A program made the translations under genes and the position numbers. A model generated the notes under the pieces. It was not told the DNA's origin and did no database searches. It worked only from the letters and a program-made list of their open reading frames with translations. Positions 54,001 to 64,000 of a DNA stretch of 64,000 nucleotides are shown here, one piece after another. This DNA is from Longimicrobiales bacterium. Lineage in GTDB: Bacteria > Gemmatimonadota > Gemmatimonadetes > Longimicrobiales > Gaopeijiaceae. The DNA is taken from positions 32,001 through 96,000 of the forward strand of contig CBDAON010000003.1 of assembly GCA_965198065.1 (NCBI GenBank). The letters run 5' to 3'. Each line of letters starts with the position of its first letter. Within the stretch, counting starts at the first letter, position 1.

Positions 54001-54577
54001 TTGGAGGTCGACGCCGTCCAGGAAGTCCCTCAGCGGGCTCGCCATCTCGACGGCTCGCGCGGTGAGCAGGCGCCCGACGGCGGCGGGCCGCTGCCTGCGC
54101 CCCTGGACGAGGTGGTCCAGCAGGGTTTTCCCCACGCTCTCGTCCGAGCTCTCGGCGGCCGGGTAGTAGGACGCGTAACGCGCCCCGACCCTCTGCTCGA
54201 ACAGGGGGATGCGCGTCAGCTCGGTCCCGTTCGCCACCATGTCCTCGAATACGGCCCGGTGAAGGTGGTCCAGGACCTCGCGGAGCGTGCTCTCGGGGAC
54301 GCGCTGGAAGAACGAGAGTTGCAGCGCGCGGGAGTGGACCCACATGTGGAAGATGAGAAGCTCCTCGGCGGCGGTCTCCGGGGGGAGCCCATCCTCCACC
54401 GGAATTCGTAGCCGGGAGAACATCTCCAGCGTTTCGGGGTCCGGTGAGGTAGTCCGAGAAGCTCTCCCAGACCAGCCGGGCGAGGTGCTCGCCCAACTGG
54501 CGAGCAGACCTGCGACCGGAAGGAAACGGGTCCTTCATCTCGGCGCGAACGCCGTCCAGGTCCAGGAAGCGGCTCAT
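53995..54577 (-). CDS. Hypothetical protein, frameshifted near 54430
   Basis: Plausible N-terminus in ORF 53933-54577 and body in ORF 53995-54423. Confidence 0.55.
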
Positions 54578-54678
54578 TCGGCCTCGTCCGGGGAACTTCC
54601 GCTGGAACTCGGGACCTTATTACTTCATTACTTCACTGAAGCCCGCGGGGATCAAGAGCGAGCACGGAGGAACTGCGA

Positions 54679-55422
54679 ATGTCGGTGCGTGTGCAGGCTA
54701 TCGTTGCGGGAGCACTCTTCGCCTCGGGGCTGACGGGGTGCGCGGCCCCGCTCCCGCCTCCTCAGACGCGCTCCGTCATCGTCTATACCGGAGAGCGCAT
54801 CTTACCGTCCTCGGAGCGCATGGCCGAGGTCGAGGCGTGGCTCCAACCGGTCGTTGAGGACATAGACCTCAACCCCACCTTCCTGATTCGCGTGATCCAG
54901 GAGGATGTGACCCGGTACCCGTGGGACGCGCTGGACCTCGTGGCCGACACCGCAGACGTACGCGTGGCCGACGCGGCCCTGGACGGCGAGACGCCCTACA
55001 TGATCTACGCTTTTCTGCGACTCATGCAGGAACGCGACGCCGTCGACGAATGGATCCCCGAGGCGGAGGGCCTCGAGGGGTTCCAGGTCGAGGAGGCGAT
55101 CGTGTCCCGTATCGCCGACGTGTGGCTCCTCGGGCGCTCCGTCTTCGACACGCAGCCGTTCGGCCCGATGGACGAGTTGCTCTACGCGAAGGAGTTCGGG
55201 TACTTGACGGACTTCCTCCTTGCCACTCAGGGCGATCGCTTCACCGAGGCGGCGGATCAGTACCGCGAGGCGAATCCGGACAAGGCTGTCGAGTTCAGGG
55301 ACTGGTTCCTCAGAACGTTCGAGCGCGACGGGCCCGGATACCTTCGGCCCGCGGAGGCCGATTCGACCACGGCCGCGCTCGCGCGGCCGGCGCGTCGCGG
55401 TGGGTCACGAGCTGGACTCTAG
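54679..55422 (+). CDS. Hypothetical lipoprotein
   Basis: GGAGG RBS; lipobox LTGC. Confidence 0.75.
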   Translation: MSVRVQAIVAGALFASGLTGCAAPLPPPQTRSVIVYTGERILPSSERMAEVEAWLQPVVEDIDLNPTFLIRVIQEDVTRYPWDALDLVADTADVRVADAALDGETPYMIYAFLRLMQERDAVDEWIPEAEGLEGFQVEEAIVSRIADVWLLGRSVFDTQPFGPMDELLYAKEFGYLTDFLLATQGDRFTEAADQYREANPDKAVEFRDWFLRTFERDGPGYLRPAEADSTTAALARPARRGGSRAGL

Positions 55423-55461
55423 CAGGTCGCTGAAAGAGGGGGGCGCGGGCGCGCCGGAGAG

Positions 55462-55782
55462 TCACGTCGCGGGGATTCGGATCTCCCATCGGAGGCCGAC
55501 CGGTACCCCGTCCGCCGCGGGCTTCACCAGGAGGTCCATACGTCGGGTCACGCGAACGCGTGAATCCGACGGCTTGCCACCGAAGACCGGGAACCCCACG
55601 ACGCGCACGGCGCTCTCGACGCCCCTGGGCGAGACGGCCCTAAGAACCGATCCCTTCAGGGTGCGGATGGGCGGCGGCTCCCCCGCGGTCACGCGGACTC
55701 GCAGGATGCGGCCACCGTGGGGGTGGTCCAAGGCATCCACGACGAGGAGCGTCGTCTCGCTGGCCTCCTCCACGTTCGCCAT
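55462..55782 (-). CDS. Hypothetical protein
   Basis: GGGAG RBS before MANVEE; protein-like composition. Confidence 0.55.
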   Translation of the reverse strand: MANVEEASETTLLVVDALDHPHGGRILRVRVTAGEPPPIRTLKGSVLRAVSPRGVESAVRVVGFPVFGGKPSDSRVRVTRRMDLLVKPAADGVPVGLRWEIRIPAT

Positions 55783-55885
55783 GAAGCTCCCTGTTTTCTG
55801 GTGCTGGAGCACACCCGCCCTGAGCCACCCGGACCGACGCCGGCCCGTCCCGGCCGGCGGAGAACCTTAAGGGGCCGCCGTCGAG

Positions 55886-56743
55886 ATGGTCAACGGCATC
55901 GACCGGGAAGGGGGCTCGACCGACCGAGAGCGGCTGGAGACCACCCCCGACACGGATCCGCTCGGCCTCGCGAGCAAAGCGAACCGGAGGCTCAGGGTCG
56001 CGATCGTCGCGACGGTCGGTGCCATCGTGCTCCTCTCCGTCACGACCTCCCTTTCGTTCTGGGACGTCATCGGGATTCCCGTGTTTTATCTCCTTCTCCC
56101 GGGGCTGGCCCTCGCCCAGCTCCCCCTCCTCCGGGTGACCCGCATCGAGCGGATCCCGATCTATGTGGGCTCAGCCGTCACCATCCTTGCGATAGGCGGC
56201 CTCGCCCTCTGGCTCGTCGTCCGGCTCGAGGGGGGCCGACCTGCCTTCCTGGATCCGATCCCCGGTCGGGACCTACTGATGTGGAGCGCGCTTCTCACGG
56301 CTGTGGGGGTGGCCACTCTCGGATCGCTGACCCTGCTCGATCGACGGGTCATGGGAGGCGAGCCGAGCACGCTCTTGGAGCTGATCCCACGGGACCGCCG
56401 GGAGCGGCTCGTGTTCGCGGGACTGTCGCTCTGCGCCGGGGTTGGCGAAGAGCTGGCCTATCGAGGCTACGCGCTGTCGGCAGTCCAGCTCGTAGGGGTC
56501 GGCCCCTGGGCGGCCGCGGGGATCTCGGCTGCGGCCTTCGGGCTCCTCCACTGCTACCAGGGGTGGCTCGGGACCGCGCGCACCGCCGTCACCGGCTTTC
56601 TGCTCGCTCTCCCCCTGCTGGTGGCGGGGACGATCCTTCCTGCGATCCTGGCTCACGTCCTCGTCGATCTCGCGGGAGGGCTCGTGATCGGCCCCCGGCT
56701 GATCCGGTCCCCCGCCCTTGTTCCGGCCGAGGAGAGGGAATAG
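55886..56743 (+). CDS. CPBP/CAAX-family intramembrane metalloprotease
   Basis: EELAYRG, FGLLHCYQG, ILAHVLVD. Confidence 0.92.
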   Translation: MVNGIDREGGSTDRERLETTPDTDPLGLASKANRRLRVAIVATVGAIVLLSVTTSLSFWDVIGIPVFYLLLPGLALAQLPLLRVTRIERIPIYVGSAVTILAIGGLALWLVVRLEGGRPAFLDPIPGRDLLMWSALLTAVGVATLGSLTLLDRRVMGGEPSTLLELIPRDRRERLVFAGLSLCAGVGEELAYRGYALSAVQLVGVGPWAAAGISAAAFGLLHCYQGWLGTARTAVTGFLLALPLLVAGTILPAILAHVLVDLAGGLVIGPRLIRSPALVPAEERE

Positions 56744-56752
56744 CGTCCCAAG

Positions 56753-57235
56753 ATGGAGCTCGACTTCGGCCTCCTCGCCGACGCAGCGACCGTGGACACG
56801 TCCGGAAAGCTCAGCGTGCTCGGGATCTTCGACCGGATCCAGGCCCGAGAGTTTCCGGCCCGGCACGGTCGCATCTCGCTCGTCCTCCGCTTTTCGGCGG
56901 CCGTGGGAGAAGTCGGGAGCCACCAAGTGGAGATCCGGCTTCGGGGACCAAGCGGTCAGGAGATCCTGAGGCTGGACGGGCGCATGGATCTCGGAGCCGG
57001 CGCGCGCGCGGCGTCAGAGGGAATCAAGGTTCCTCACGTGCTGAACCTGGACGGAATCGCCTTCCCGGAACCCGGAATGTATGCGTTCGACATCAGCTCG
57101 GACGGGGAGAGCGTCATGTCGATCCCCCTCCGTCTCGAGGCCGTCGCGGGGATGAGCTCGCCCGGGCCGCGGACCGTGCTTCCGGGCCATCCTTCCGCGT
57201 TCGTCCCGGGCCGCGGAGGAATTGCCGAGGCGTGA
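56753..57235 (+). CDS. DUF6941-like protein
   Basis: LLADAATVDTSGKLSVLGIFD...FPEPGMY. Confidence 0.75.
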   Translation: MELDFGLLADAATVDTSGKLSVLGIFDRIQAREFPARHGRISLVLRFSAAVGEVGSHQVEIRLRGPSGQEILRLDGRMDLGAGARAASEGIKVPHVLNLDGIAFPEPGMYAFDISSDGESVMSIPLRLEAVAGMSSPGPRTVLPGHPSAFVPGRGGIAEA

Positions 57236-57330
57236 CGCTCGGCTCGCCCGCCGGGCCTCGCCGAAACCTTTCCGGAACGGAATAGGTATCTTGTGAAAGG
57301 CGGGATGGCCCCCGAGCGCCCGAGGCCAGG

Positions 57331-57753
57331 ATGATCCTCACGTGTAACTTCGAGGAGGTGACGGCCCTCACCCATGGTGCTCGCGCCTTCTTGGGCGGGA
57401 GGGCCGAATCGAACTCACCCGTCGTCGCGCCCTGCGAGACCCGGGGCGCGGTGGAATCCCTGCTCTCCCAGCTTTCCGGAGATCTCAGCGTTCGAACCCT
57501 GTTGGACCAGCGGCAGCTGTTCCTGGCGGTGGAGGCCGTCGTCGAGCTCCTCAGGGAAGAGATGGACTCCCGGGTCGTCGCCACGCACGCCGCCTCCGAG
57601 GAGGCTGTGTCGGCGTACTTCGAATACGCGCACGCCCTGTCCGTCATGGGGCGGGTCCGCGAAATGGGCGAGGAGATGTCCGCCCTCGTGGAGCTCGTGA
57701 CGGGCGCGCTCCCCGACGACGCCATGACCCGCACGTTCGTGTTCCCGGACTGA
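57331..57753 (+). CDS. Hypothetical protein
   Basis: Co-oriented 140-aa ORF with typical codon usage. Confidence 0.65.
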   Translation: MILTCNFEEVTALTHGARAFLGGRAESNSPVVAPCETRGAVESLLSQLSGDLSVRTLLDQRQLFLAVEAVVELLREEMDSRVVATHAASEEAVSAYFEYAHALSVMGRVREMGEEMSALVELVTGALPDDAMTRTFVFPD

Positions 57754-57774
57754 GTCGCCTCTTCCAACATCTCC

Positions 57775-58392
57775 GTGTCGGAACGGGCCGAAAGGGACCG
57801 CACGTTCAGGGAGGAGGCACTCCCCGAGATGGACGCGGTCTACCGCTTCGCGCTGCGGCTCACTCGTGATCCCGATCGCGCCCAGGACCTCACGCAGGAC
57901 ACCTTCCTCCGCGCGTTCCAGAGCTGGGAGAGTTACGAGCTTGGAACTCGCGCCAGGAGTTGGCTGTTCACGATCTGCCGGAACCTCTTCCTCAGAGGAG
58001 AGGAGCGTCGGCGCCGGCACCAGGAGATCCTCTCCGAGGTCGCCGACGAGGATCCGAGGCAATTGTCCCGCGAGGCCAGCGTCCTCATGGCCGTTGGCGA
58101 CCGTGACCCCGAGGGCGCGTTCTGGGGGAACGTGGTGGACGACGAGATCCTCAAAGCCATCGAGGAGCTCCCTGCCCCGTTCCGGGAAGCGGTCGTGCTG
58201 TCGGATCTGGAAGATCTCTCCTATGACGAGATCGCGGGTGTCCTCGGTGTTCCGGTGGGGACGGTGAAGAGCCGTCTCTTTCGAGGACGGAGGATGCTCC
58301 AGCGGCGCCTCTACGAGTACGCGGTGTCCGAGGGCATCATTCCGGCCTCGGCCGCCATCTACACCAACCCCGACCCGGACACGGCGGAATGA
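57775..58392 (+). CDS. ECF RNA polymerase sigma factor
   Basis: AQDLTQDTFLRAF...SWLFTICRN; LSYDEIAGVLGVPVGTVKSRLFRGR. Confidence 0.93.
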   Translation: MSERAERDRTFREEALPEMDAVYRFALRLTRDPDRAQDLTQDTFLRAFQSWESYELGTRARSWLFTICRNLFLRGEERRRRHQEILSEVADEDPRQLSREASVLMAVGDRDPEGAFWGNVVDDEILKAIEELPAPFREAVVLSDLEDLSYDEIAGVLGVPVGTVKSRLFRGRRMLQRRLYEYAVSEGIIPASAAIYTNPDPDTAE

Positions 58393-58591
58393 CCCGAGAG
58401 GCCGCGAGATGAGCTGGATGGACGGAGAGATAGACCCTCTCGAGCAGTTCCCTGTCGGCGAGCACCTCCTCCAGTGCGCGTGCTGTTATCCCCTGCTCCG
58501 GTTCGAGAGGGCGTTTCATGAGGCCCTCCCCCGGTTGCCGCAGGACTTCGAGCGGACCCCCTCCGCTCTTCATCCCAAGGAGCCTGGATGA
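58389..58591 (+). pseudogene. zf-HC2-like anti-sigma factor, apparently frameshifted
   Basis: WMDGE...EHLLQCACC (HxxxCxxC); coupled to the sigma gene and to gyrA/parC by ATGA overlaps. Confidence 0.65.
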
Positions 58592-61146
58592 GCATTGCCC
58601 AGAACCGCGAACGGATCCTCTCCCGCCTGATCGAGGAGGAGATGACCGAGGCGTTCCTCGACTACTCGATGAGCGTGATCGTCCAGCGCGCGCTGCCCGA
58701 CGTACGGGACGGGCTCAAGCCCGTTCACCGGAGGATCCTGTTCGCCATGCGCGAGCTCGGGCTCGCTCCGGACCGGCCGTACAAGAAGAGCGCCACCGTC
58801 GTGGGAGAGGTGCTGGGGAAATACCATCCCCACGGGGACGCGGCCGTCTACGACGCCCTCGTCCGCATGGTGCAGGACTTCTCGCTCCGATACCCGCTTG
58901 CCGACGGGCAGGGGAACTTCGGCTCGATCGACGGCGACTCCGCTGCCGCGTACCGGTACACTGAGGCCCGGCTCTCCGCGCCGTCCATGGAGCTCCTGGC
59001 CGACATCGAGAAGGAAACCGTCGACTGGTCACCGAACTTCGACGGCCGGCTCGAGGAGCCGTCCGTCCTCCCGGCCCGCCTCCCGAACCTGCTCGTGAAC
59101 GGCTCGTCGGGGATCGCCGTCGGAATGTCGACGAACATCCCCCCGCACAACCTGCGCGAGGTGAGCGCCGCGCTCCGTCGGCTCATCAGCAAGCCGGGGT
59201 GTTCCGTGGCCGAGCTGATGCGGGACGTGCCCGGGCCCGACTTCCCCACCGGCGGCTTCGTCCTCGGCATAGAAGGGATTCGCGAGATGTACGAGACCGG
59301 GCGGGGCCGGATCGTGATGAGAGCGCGGATCGTTAGAGAATCCCTCCGAGGAGGGAAGGACCAGGTCGTCGTGACCGAGCTTCCCTACGGGGTCTCGAAG
59401 GCGAGGGTGATCGAGCAAGTGGTCGAGTTCTCTCGTAAGGGAAAGCTCGACGACGTGCAGGACGTGAGGGACGAGTCGGATCGCGACGGAATGCGGCTCG
59501 TCCTCCAGCTCAAGCGGGGCACAAGCGCGGCCGAGGCTCTCGCGGTCCTGTACCGGAGGACAAGCCTCCAGACGACCTTCGGCGCCATCCTGCTCGCTCT
59601 GGACGCGGGTGAGCCGCGAGAGCTCAACCTGAAGGAGCTCCTCGAGAGATACCGTGACCATCGGGTGGAGGTCGTCGTCCGACGATCCCGGCACGACCTG
59701 GAGTGGGCCGAGACCGAGCGGCAAGTGCTGGACGGGCTCCTCGTTGCGCTGGATCACATCGACGAGGTCGTCTCCCTCATACGGAAGTCCCGCGCGCGCG
59801 ACGCGGCCTCCGAGCGGTTACAGAAGCGCTTCGGGCTGTCCCAGGTGCAGGCCGAAGCGATCCTGGACCTGAGGCTCGCAAAGCTCACGTCGCTCGAGCG
59901 GGAGGGGCTCCGGCGGCGGCGGAAGAAGCTGGACACCATCATCCGTGACCTCCGCAAGGTTCTGGAGAGCCCGGACGAGCAGCTCCGCGTCGTTTGCGAG
60001 GAGCTGGACGAGGTGGATCAGGCGTTCGGAGACGCCCGCCGCACTACGATCCTCGAGTCCGCCGAGGACGGCGACTCACCGGTCGAGAGCACGCTGGCGG
60101 ACGAGGACGTCGTGATCACGGTCAGCCGCGAAGGATTCCTGAAGCGGATCCCGGTCCACCTGTATCGGCGCCGCGTGACCTCGGGACGGCCGCTGGCCGG
60201 AATGGAAAACTACGAGAACGATTGGCTCGAGTGGGTCTTTACGGCCCGGACGGGGGGATGGCTCCTCGCCTTCACGGCGGGGGGGAGGGCCCACTTCCTC
60301 TCCGTTCTCGATGTTCCCGAGTCGGCTCGGGCGTCGCGAGGACAGTCCATCTACGCGCTGGTCGGTGCGGAGCGCGACGACCGGATCGTGGCACTCGTCC
60401 CTGTGGAAGAGCTGGACGCGGTAGGAAAGATTCTCCTCTTCGCCACCCGCAAGGGCACTGTAAAGCGTTGTCTACTGTCCGAGTTCGCAAATCCGCGAGC
60501 GGGCGGCGTCATCGCCTCCGGTGTGAGGGAAGGAGACTCGATCGTTGAGGTGGTGATCTCGGACGAGCGTGCCGAGGTGCTCCTGTTCTCGAAGGCGGGC
60601 CGCGCCATCCGATTCGCGGAGCGTGACGTCCCCGTCATGGGCCGCACGGCGCAGGGGGTGAAGGGGATCAACCTCCGAGAGGATGACGAGGTCGTGGGCG
60701 TGGTTCTCGTGCGGCGGGACGCTGCAGTTCTCACGATGAGCGAGACCGGATGGGGAAAGCGAACGCCTCTCGGGGAGTTCCCCCTCCAGAAGCGGGGAGG
60801 CCTGGGCACGCTGGTCGTCACCGCCGGAGCTGAGGTGGACCCAGTGGTCGGGGCCCTGGAGGTCGTGCCCACCGACGAGGTCACGATCGTGACGGCAGCC
60901 GGGGCCGCAAGCCGCACCTCCGCGTCGAAGCTCCCGGAGCAAGGCCGCCGCTCGCGGGGCGTCCAGGTCCCGTCCCTGGCCGAGGGAGACCGCATCGTCG
61001 AGGTCGCAAGGAGCATCGGGGAAGAGCGCGGCGCCGAGTTCACCGGCGCTACCGACGGGACGGACCTCGACGGCAGGGAACCGGAAGCCGACGGCGACAT
61101 AGCGGAAGGGAGCGCCGACCCCGTCGGTCAGAACGAGCTCTTCTGA
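58588..61146 (+). CDS. Type IIA topoisomerase subunit A (GyrA/ParC family)
   Basis: [33 protein letters not shown]-terminal pinwheel repeats. Confidence 0.95.
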   Translation: MSIAQNRERILSRLIEEEMTEAFLDYSMSVIVQRALPDVRDGLKPVHRRILFAMRELGLAPDRPYKKSATVVGEVLGKYHPHGDAAVYDALVRMVQDFSLRYPLADGQGNFGSIDGDSAAAYRYTEARLSAPSMELLADIEKETVDWSPNFDGRLEEPSVLPARLPNLLVNGSSGIAVGMSTNIPPHNLREVSAALRRLISKPGCSVAELMRDVPGPDFPTGGFVLGIEGIREMYETGRGRIVMRARIVRESLRGGKDQVVVTELPYGVSKARVIEQVVEFSRKGKLDDVQDVRDESDRDGMRLVLQLKRGTSAAEALAVLYRRTSLQTTFGAILLALDAGEPRELNLKELLERYRDHRVEVVVRRSRHDLEWAETERQVLDGLLVALDHIDEVVSLIRKSRARDAASERLQKRFGLSQVQAEAILDLRLAKLTSLEREGLRRRRKKLDTIIRDLRKVLESPDEQLRVVCEELDEVDQAFGDARRTTILESAEDGDSPVESTLADEDVVITVSREGFLKRIPVHLYRRRVTSGRPLAGMENYENDWLEWVFTARTGGWLLAFTAGGRAHFLSVLDVPESARASRGQSIYALVGAERDDRIVALVPVEELDAVGKILLFATRKGTVKRCLLSEFANPRAGGVIASGVREGDSIVEVVISDERAEVLLFSKAGRAIRFAERDVPVMGRTAQGVKGINLREDDEVVGVVLVRRDAAVLTMSETGWGKRTPLGEFPLQKRGGLGTLVVTAGAEVDPVVGALEVVPTDEVTIVTAAGAASRTSASKLPEQGRRSRGVQVPSLAEGDRIVEVARSIGEERGAEFTGATDGTDLDGREPEADGDIAEGSADPVGQNELF

Positions 61147-61179
61147 GCTCCCCCGGGCGCCGGCCTACCGGCCCCCCGC

Positions 61180-61806
61180 TCACGGGACGTGCCCAATCAG
61201 CTCGACGAGGATCCGGTGCGTCAGGCCCCACACCACCCGGCCGTCCAGGTCGAACGCCGGAAAGGAGAGCCTGTCGGTTCCGGTCTCGATCACGTGCGTC
61301 GCTCTCGCGCCTTCGATCCGGAACCGCCAGAGCGGGACCCAGAACGACTCCGCCACCTCGGCCGACGCGGCCAGGACCGGCGTTTCCGCCGGAACCCGGT
61401 ACACGAAGGGGGCCACCACGAGGGGAGGTGCCCGCCGGAGGCGAGGCGAGACCTCGGTAAGCCGTCCGAGCAACTCGCCGGCCTGAGCGAGGCCGATCCC
61501 AGTCTCCTCCCACGTCTCCCGCTCCGCGGTCTCGACGAGGGAGGTGTCCGCGGCGCTCCGGCGCCCTCCGGGAAATGCGATGTGGCCGGACCAGGGATCG
61601 GGGGGCGACTCCGCTCGGTGGATCAAGAGCAGCTCGGCCGAGTGAAGGCCCTGGGCGCGTGCCGCTTCAGGAGGAAGCTTCGCCGGGCGGAGGACCACCG
61701 CAACCGAGGCCAGGAAGCCGCCGGGGGGCCGCTCCGGATCGTCTTCCCTTCCGCGGTACGTCCGGAGTCTCTTGCTGAGCGCCTCGAGTTCGGCGTCGGA
61801 CGTCAC
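61180..61806 (-). CDS. Nudix CoA pyrophosphatase-like protein
   Basis: PWSGHIAFPGGR...TAERETWEETG; VWGLT. Confidence 0.9.
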   Translation of the reverse strand: MTSDAELEALSKRLRTYRGREDDPERPPGGFLASVAVVLRPAKLPPEAARAQGLHSAELLLIHRAESPPDPWSGHIAFPGGRRSAADTSLVETAERETWEETGIGLAQAGELLGRLTEVSPRLRRAPPLVVAPFVYRVPAETPVLAASAEVAESFWVPLWRFRIEGARATHVIETGTDRLSFPAFDLDGRVVWGLTHRILVELIGHVP

Positions 61807-61810
61807 GCGC

Positions 61811-62527
61811 TCAGACTCCCCTCCGCGCCGGCCCCCAGATATGCTTGTGGAGCTGTGTCTGGAAGCGGACCGGAAGCCGGTCCTCCAGGATCCAGGCCGC
61901 GAGGGCCTCCAGCTCCGGTCCTTCCTCGCCCCACACGGGGGAGACCAGTAGGGCCCGCAGGGAACCCGCCTCGACGCGCTGGTCCAGCCCACGCTCCCGG
62001 ATCACGTCCCGCGACCACTCGTAATCACGGCGATCCTTCACCACGAACTTGACCTCGTCCCGCGCATCCAGGTGGGCCAGGTTCTCCCATCGGTTTCGCT
62101 CCGACTCGCCCGAGCCCGGACACTTGAGGTCCATGACGACGTGCGCCTCGGGAGGGAGTCGAGAGATATCCTCCGAGCCCGAAGTCTCCACGAGGGTCGT
62201 GAACCCCTCCCGAACGAGTCGCTCGGCCAGGGCTAACGCGTTCGGATGGGCGAGCGGCTCGCCCCCCGTGATCTCCACGACCGGGCATCCGATCTCCCTC
62301 ACGCGACGCAGGATCTCGTCCAACTCAATCCTCTCCCCGCCGTGGAACGCGTAGGCGGTGTCGCACCACACACAGCGGAGCGGACATCCCGTGAGACGCA
62401 CGAACGTGCAGGGGGTCCCAACCCACGTCGACTCCCCCTGGATCGAATAGAAGATCTCCGAGACCCGGAGAAACGGACCCGACCCCGACGCCCGCGCCCG
62501 CTCCGCCTCGGCGTCGGAGTGGCTCAC
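61811..62527 (-). CDS. queE: 7-carboxy-7-deazaguanine synthase (radical SAM)
   Basis: EIFYSIQGE, RLTGCPLRCVWCDT, ITGGEP, QLHKHIW. Confidence 0.9.
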   Translation of the reverse strand: MSHSDAEAERARASGSGPFLRVSEIFYSIQGESTWVGTPCTFVRLTGCPLRCVWCDTAYAFHGGERIELDEILRRVREIGCPVVEITGGEPLAHPNALALAERLVREGFTTLVETSGSEDISRLPPEAHVVMDLKCPGSGESERNRWENLAHLDARDEVKFVVKDRRDYEWSRDVIRERGLDQRVEAGSLRALLVSPVWGEEGPELEALAAWILEDRLPVRFQTQLHKHIWGPARRGV

Positions 62528-63489
62528 GACTCCCCTCCCAGTCCCCGGGTTCCGGGAAACAGGGCCCCGAGCGGGGATTCCTTGATCATGCTCCCGGCCA
62601 GGAACAGCACGTTCTCCGGGCTCTCCGAGAGCCGTCTCATCAGGTACGGGTACCAGTTCACGCCAAACGGAATGTACACCCGGACGCGATGCCCTCGCCG
62701 GACCAGCTCCTTCTGGAGGTCTCGCCGCACCCCGTAGAGCAACTGGAGCTCGAACCGGGCGGGTGCAATTCCGTTCGTTCGCGCGAAGTCCAGTCCGTCC
62801 CGAATCAGCGCCTCGTCGTGCGTGGCGATCGCGGGCTCGCGTCCCTCCCGGAGCAGCGTCGCCATGAGCTCGCAAAAGCTCTTCCGCACCCGCGCCCCTC
62901 CCCGGAACGCGATCTCGGGCGGCTCCACGTACGCGCCCTTGCAGAGGCGCACCGAGATGCCCATCCCGAGCAGATCCTCCAGGTCCCTGGCCGTGCGCCG
63001 GAGGCACGCCTGGAGCACCACCCCGATCCTCCGGTGTCCCTGATCCCAAAGCGTCCGGACGAGGTCCAGCGTGCGGTCCGTGTACGCGGACGATTCCATG
63101 TCGAATCGAACGAACGCGGAGGCCTGCCGGGCCTTGGCGAGGAGAGCACCGACGTTCTGGAGGAGCACGCTCCCGGAGATGTCCATCCCCATCTGGCTGG
63201 GCTTCACCGACACGTTCACGTCCAGCCCCTCGTCCCCCAGCCGATCCAGTAGCCGTACGTACTCCCTCGCCGCCGCGCCGGCCCTCCCCGGATCCGCGAC
63301 GGCCTCGCCCAGATAGTTCCCCGTGACGTCCAGTCCCTGGCCTCTCGCCTCCCTCGCCGCCCCAACGAAGTCGTCCAGGGACTCGCCGGCCACGAATCTC
63401 CGGCTCATCGTCCGCGTGATCGGGACGCGGGGAATCAGCTCCCGCGCGATCCCTGAATCCGCCAGCGCGCGAAGTCCCCAGCGAAGCAC
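62524..63489 (-). CDS. Proline dehydrogenase (monofunctional)
   Basis: RRFVAGE, SVKPSQMG, DME, RLCKGAY, IATHD, YLMRRL. Confidence 0.93.
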   Translation of the reverse strand: MLRWGLRALADSGIARELIPRVPITRTMSRRFVAGESLDDFVGAAREARGQGLDVTGNYLGEAVADPGRAGAAAREYVRLLDRLGDEGLDVNVSVKPSQMGMDISGSVLLQNVGALLAKARQASAFVRFDMESSAYTDRTLDLVRTLWDQGHRRIGVVLQACLRRTARDLEDLLGMGISVRLCKGAYVEPPEIAFRGGARVRKSFCELMATLLREGREPAIATHDEALIRDGLDFARTNGIAPARFELQLLYGVRRDLQKELVRRGHRVRVYIPFGVNWYPYLMRRLSESPENVLFLAGSMIKESPLGALFPGTRGLGGES

Positions 63490-63498
63490 GAGCCCGTC

Positions 63499-63927
63499 CT
63501 ACGTCCCTGGATCGGTAGTAGCCCGACGCCTCCGGATGGCCTCATCGAGGAGCTCCTTCACCCGATGGAGCGGAAGCTCTCCGAGCTCCTGGAACACGGC
63601 ATCCCCCGTCTTGCCACGGCAAAGCACGGGCGTCTCTACGTGTCCCACGACGCCAAGCCCCTCAGACGCCCACCGCGGGAAGACGAGGTATCCCTCGCGG
63701 GGAGCCGCCAGGTTTGGCGTCTTCTCGACCTCGAGCGACACCGTGTACGGCTCGCCGTCCGCACCCTCGAAGCCGGGCGGTCGGCCGTGCTCTCGGAGAT
63801 ATCCCCCGAGCGTCGCCTCGGGGGAGGATTCGATCTCGGGACGCGAGGGAACCACGCCCGAATCTAACAGGTTTCCCCCAGACCCCGCGCGCGTCCCCAG
63901 GTCGATGGCGCCGGGCCTCGGGCCCAC
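63499..63927 (-). CDS. Hypothetical protein (start uncertain)
   Basis: TLGGYLREHGRPPGFEGADGEPYTV; co-oriented with the downstream operon. Confidence 0.65.
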   Translation of the reverse strand: MGPRPGAIDLGTRAGSGGNLLDSGVVPSRPEIESSPEATLGGYLREHGRPPGFEGADGEPYTVSLEVEKTPNLAAPREGYLVFPRWASEGLGVVGHVETPVLCRGKTGDAVFQELGELPLHRVKELLDEAIRRRRATTDPGT

Positions 63928-64000
63928 TGCCCGACCGGTCCAGTCCGGCCAAGGGCCCGCGCCGGAACGCCGCCCGGGGATGGACGATTAAGCGTTTTGC

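Noticed and set aside
55717..57285. 522-aa Arg/Pro-rich ORF and similar long overlapping ORFs (e.g. 38486-39958, 7321-8454)
   Set aside because: These are alternate-frame or antisense shadows of well-supported genes, common in GC-rich DNA.
61811..62527. queE as part of a 7-deazaguanine DNA-modification (dpd) system
   Set aside because: No dpdA, queC, queD or folE nearby; the context is housekeeping.

Overview
GC-rich bacterial DNA, probably Gemmatimonadota-like (inferred from gene style, not proven), with three zones. (1) 1-9.3 kb: accessory metabolic and envelope genes (Zn alcohol dehydrogenase, ECF sigma + DUF6768-like partner, a TetR-MMPL/RND-LolA-like-outer-membrane operon). (2) About 9.6-48.5 kb: a decayed mobile-element region. 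It holds two tRNA 3'-half att remnants (Val-TAC, Ile-GAT), a full group II intron, thrC, HigBA, MmeI/VirB4/VirB9/ParA/Rsb fragments, tyrosine integrases, a complete IS4, a complete cargo-carrying IS1595-family element, many IS3/IS481/IS5 pieces and a family of beta-barrel outer-membrane proteins, one of them duplicated. (3) 48.5-64 kb: core-like genes (pfkA, GAF/HD-GYP, MBL hydrolase, SufT-like, CPBP protease, ECF sigma, GyrA/ParC, Nudix, QueE, proline dehydrogenase). The best candidate for an undescribed system lies inside the IS1595 element. On the minus strand a strong Shine-Dalgarno is followed by a Met-Pro-Pro-stop minigene, two stem-loops, and a 103-nt tRNA-like gene with a Leu-type body, a very long variable arm and a Pro (UGG) anticodon that matches both minigene codons. 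Many genes carry frameshifts, internal deletions or in-frame TAG codons, so some breaks may be sequencing or assembly artefacts. All calls were made by eye from the sequence; no database searches were run.
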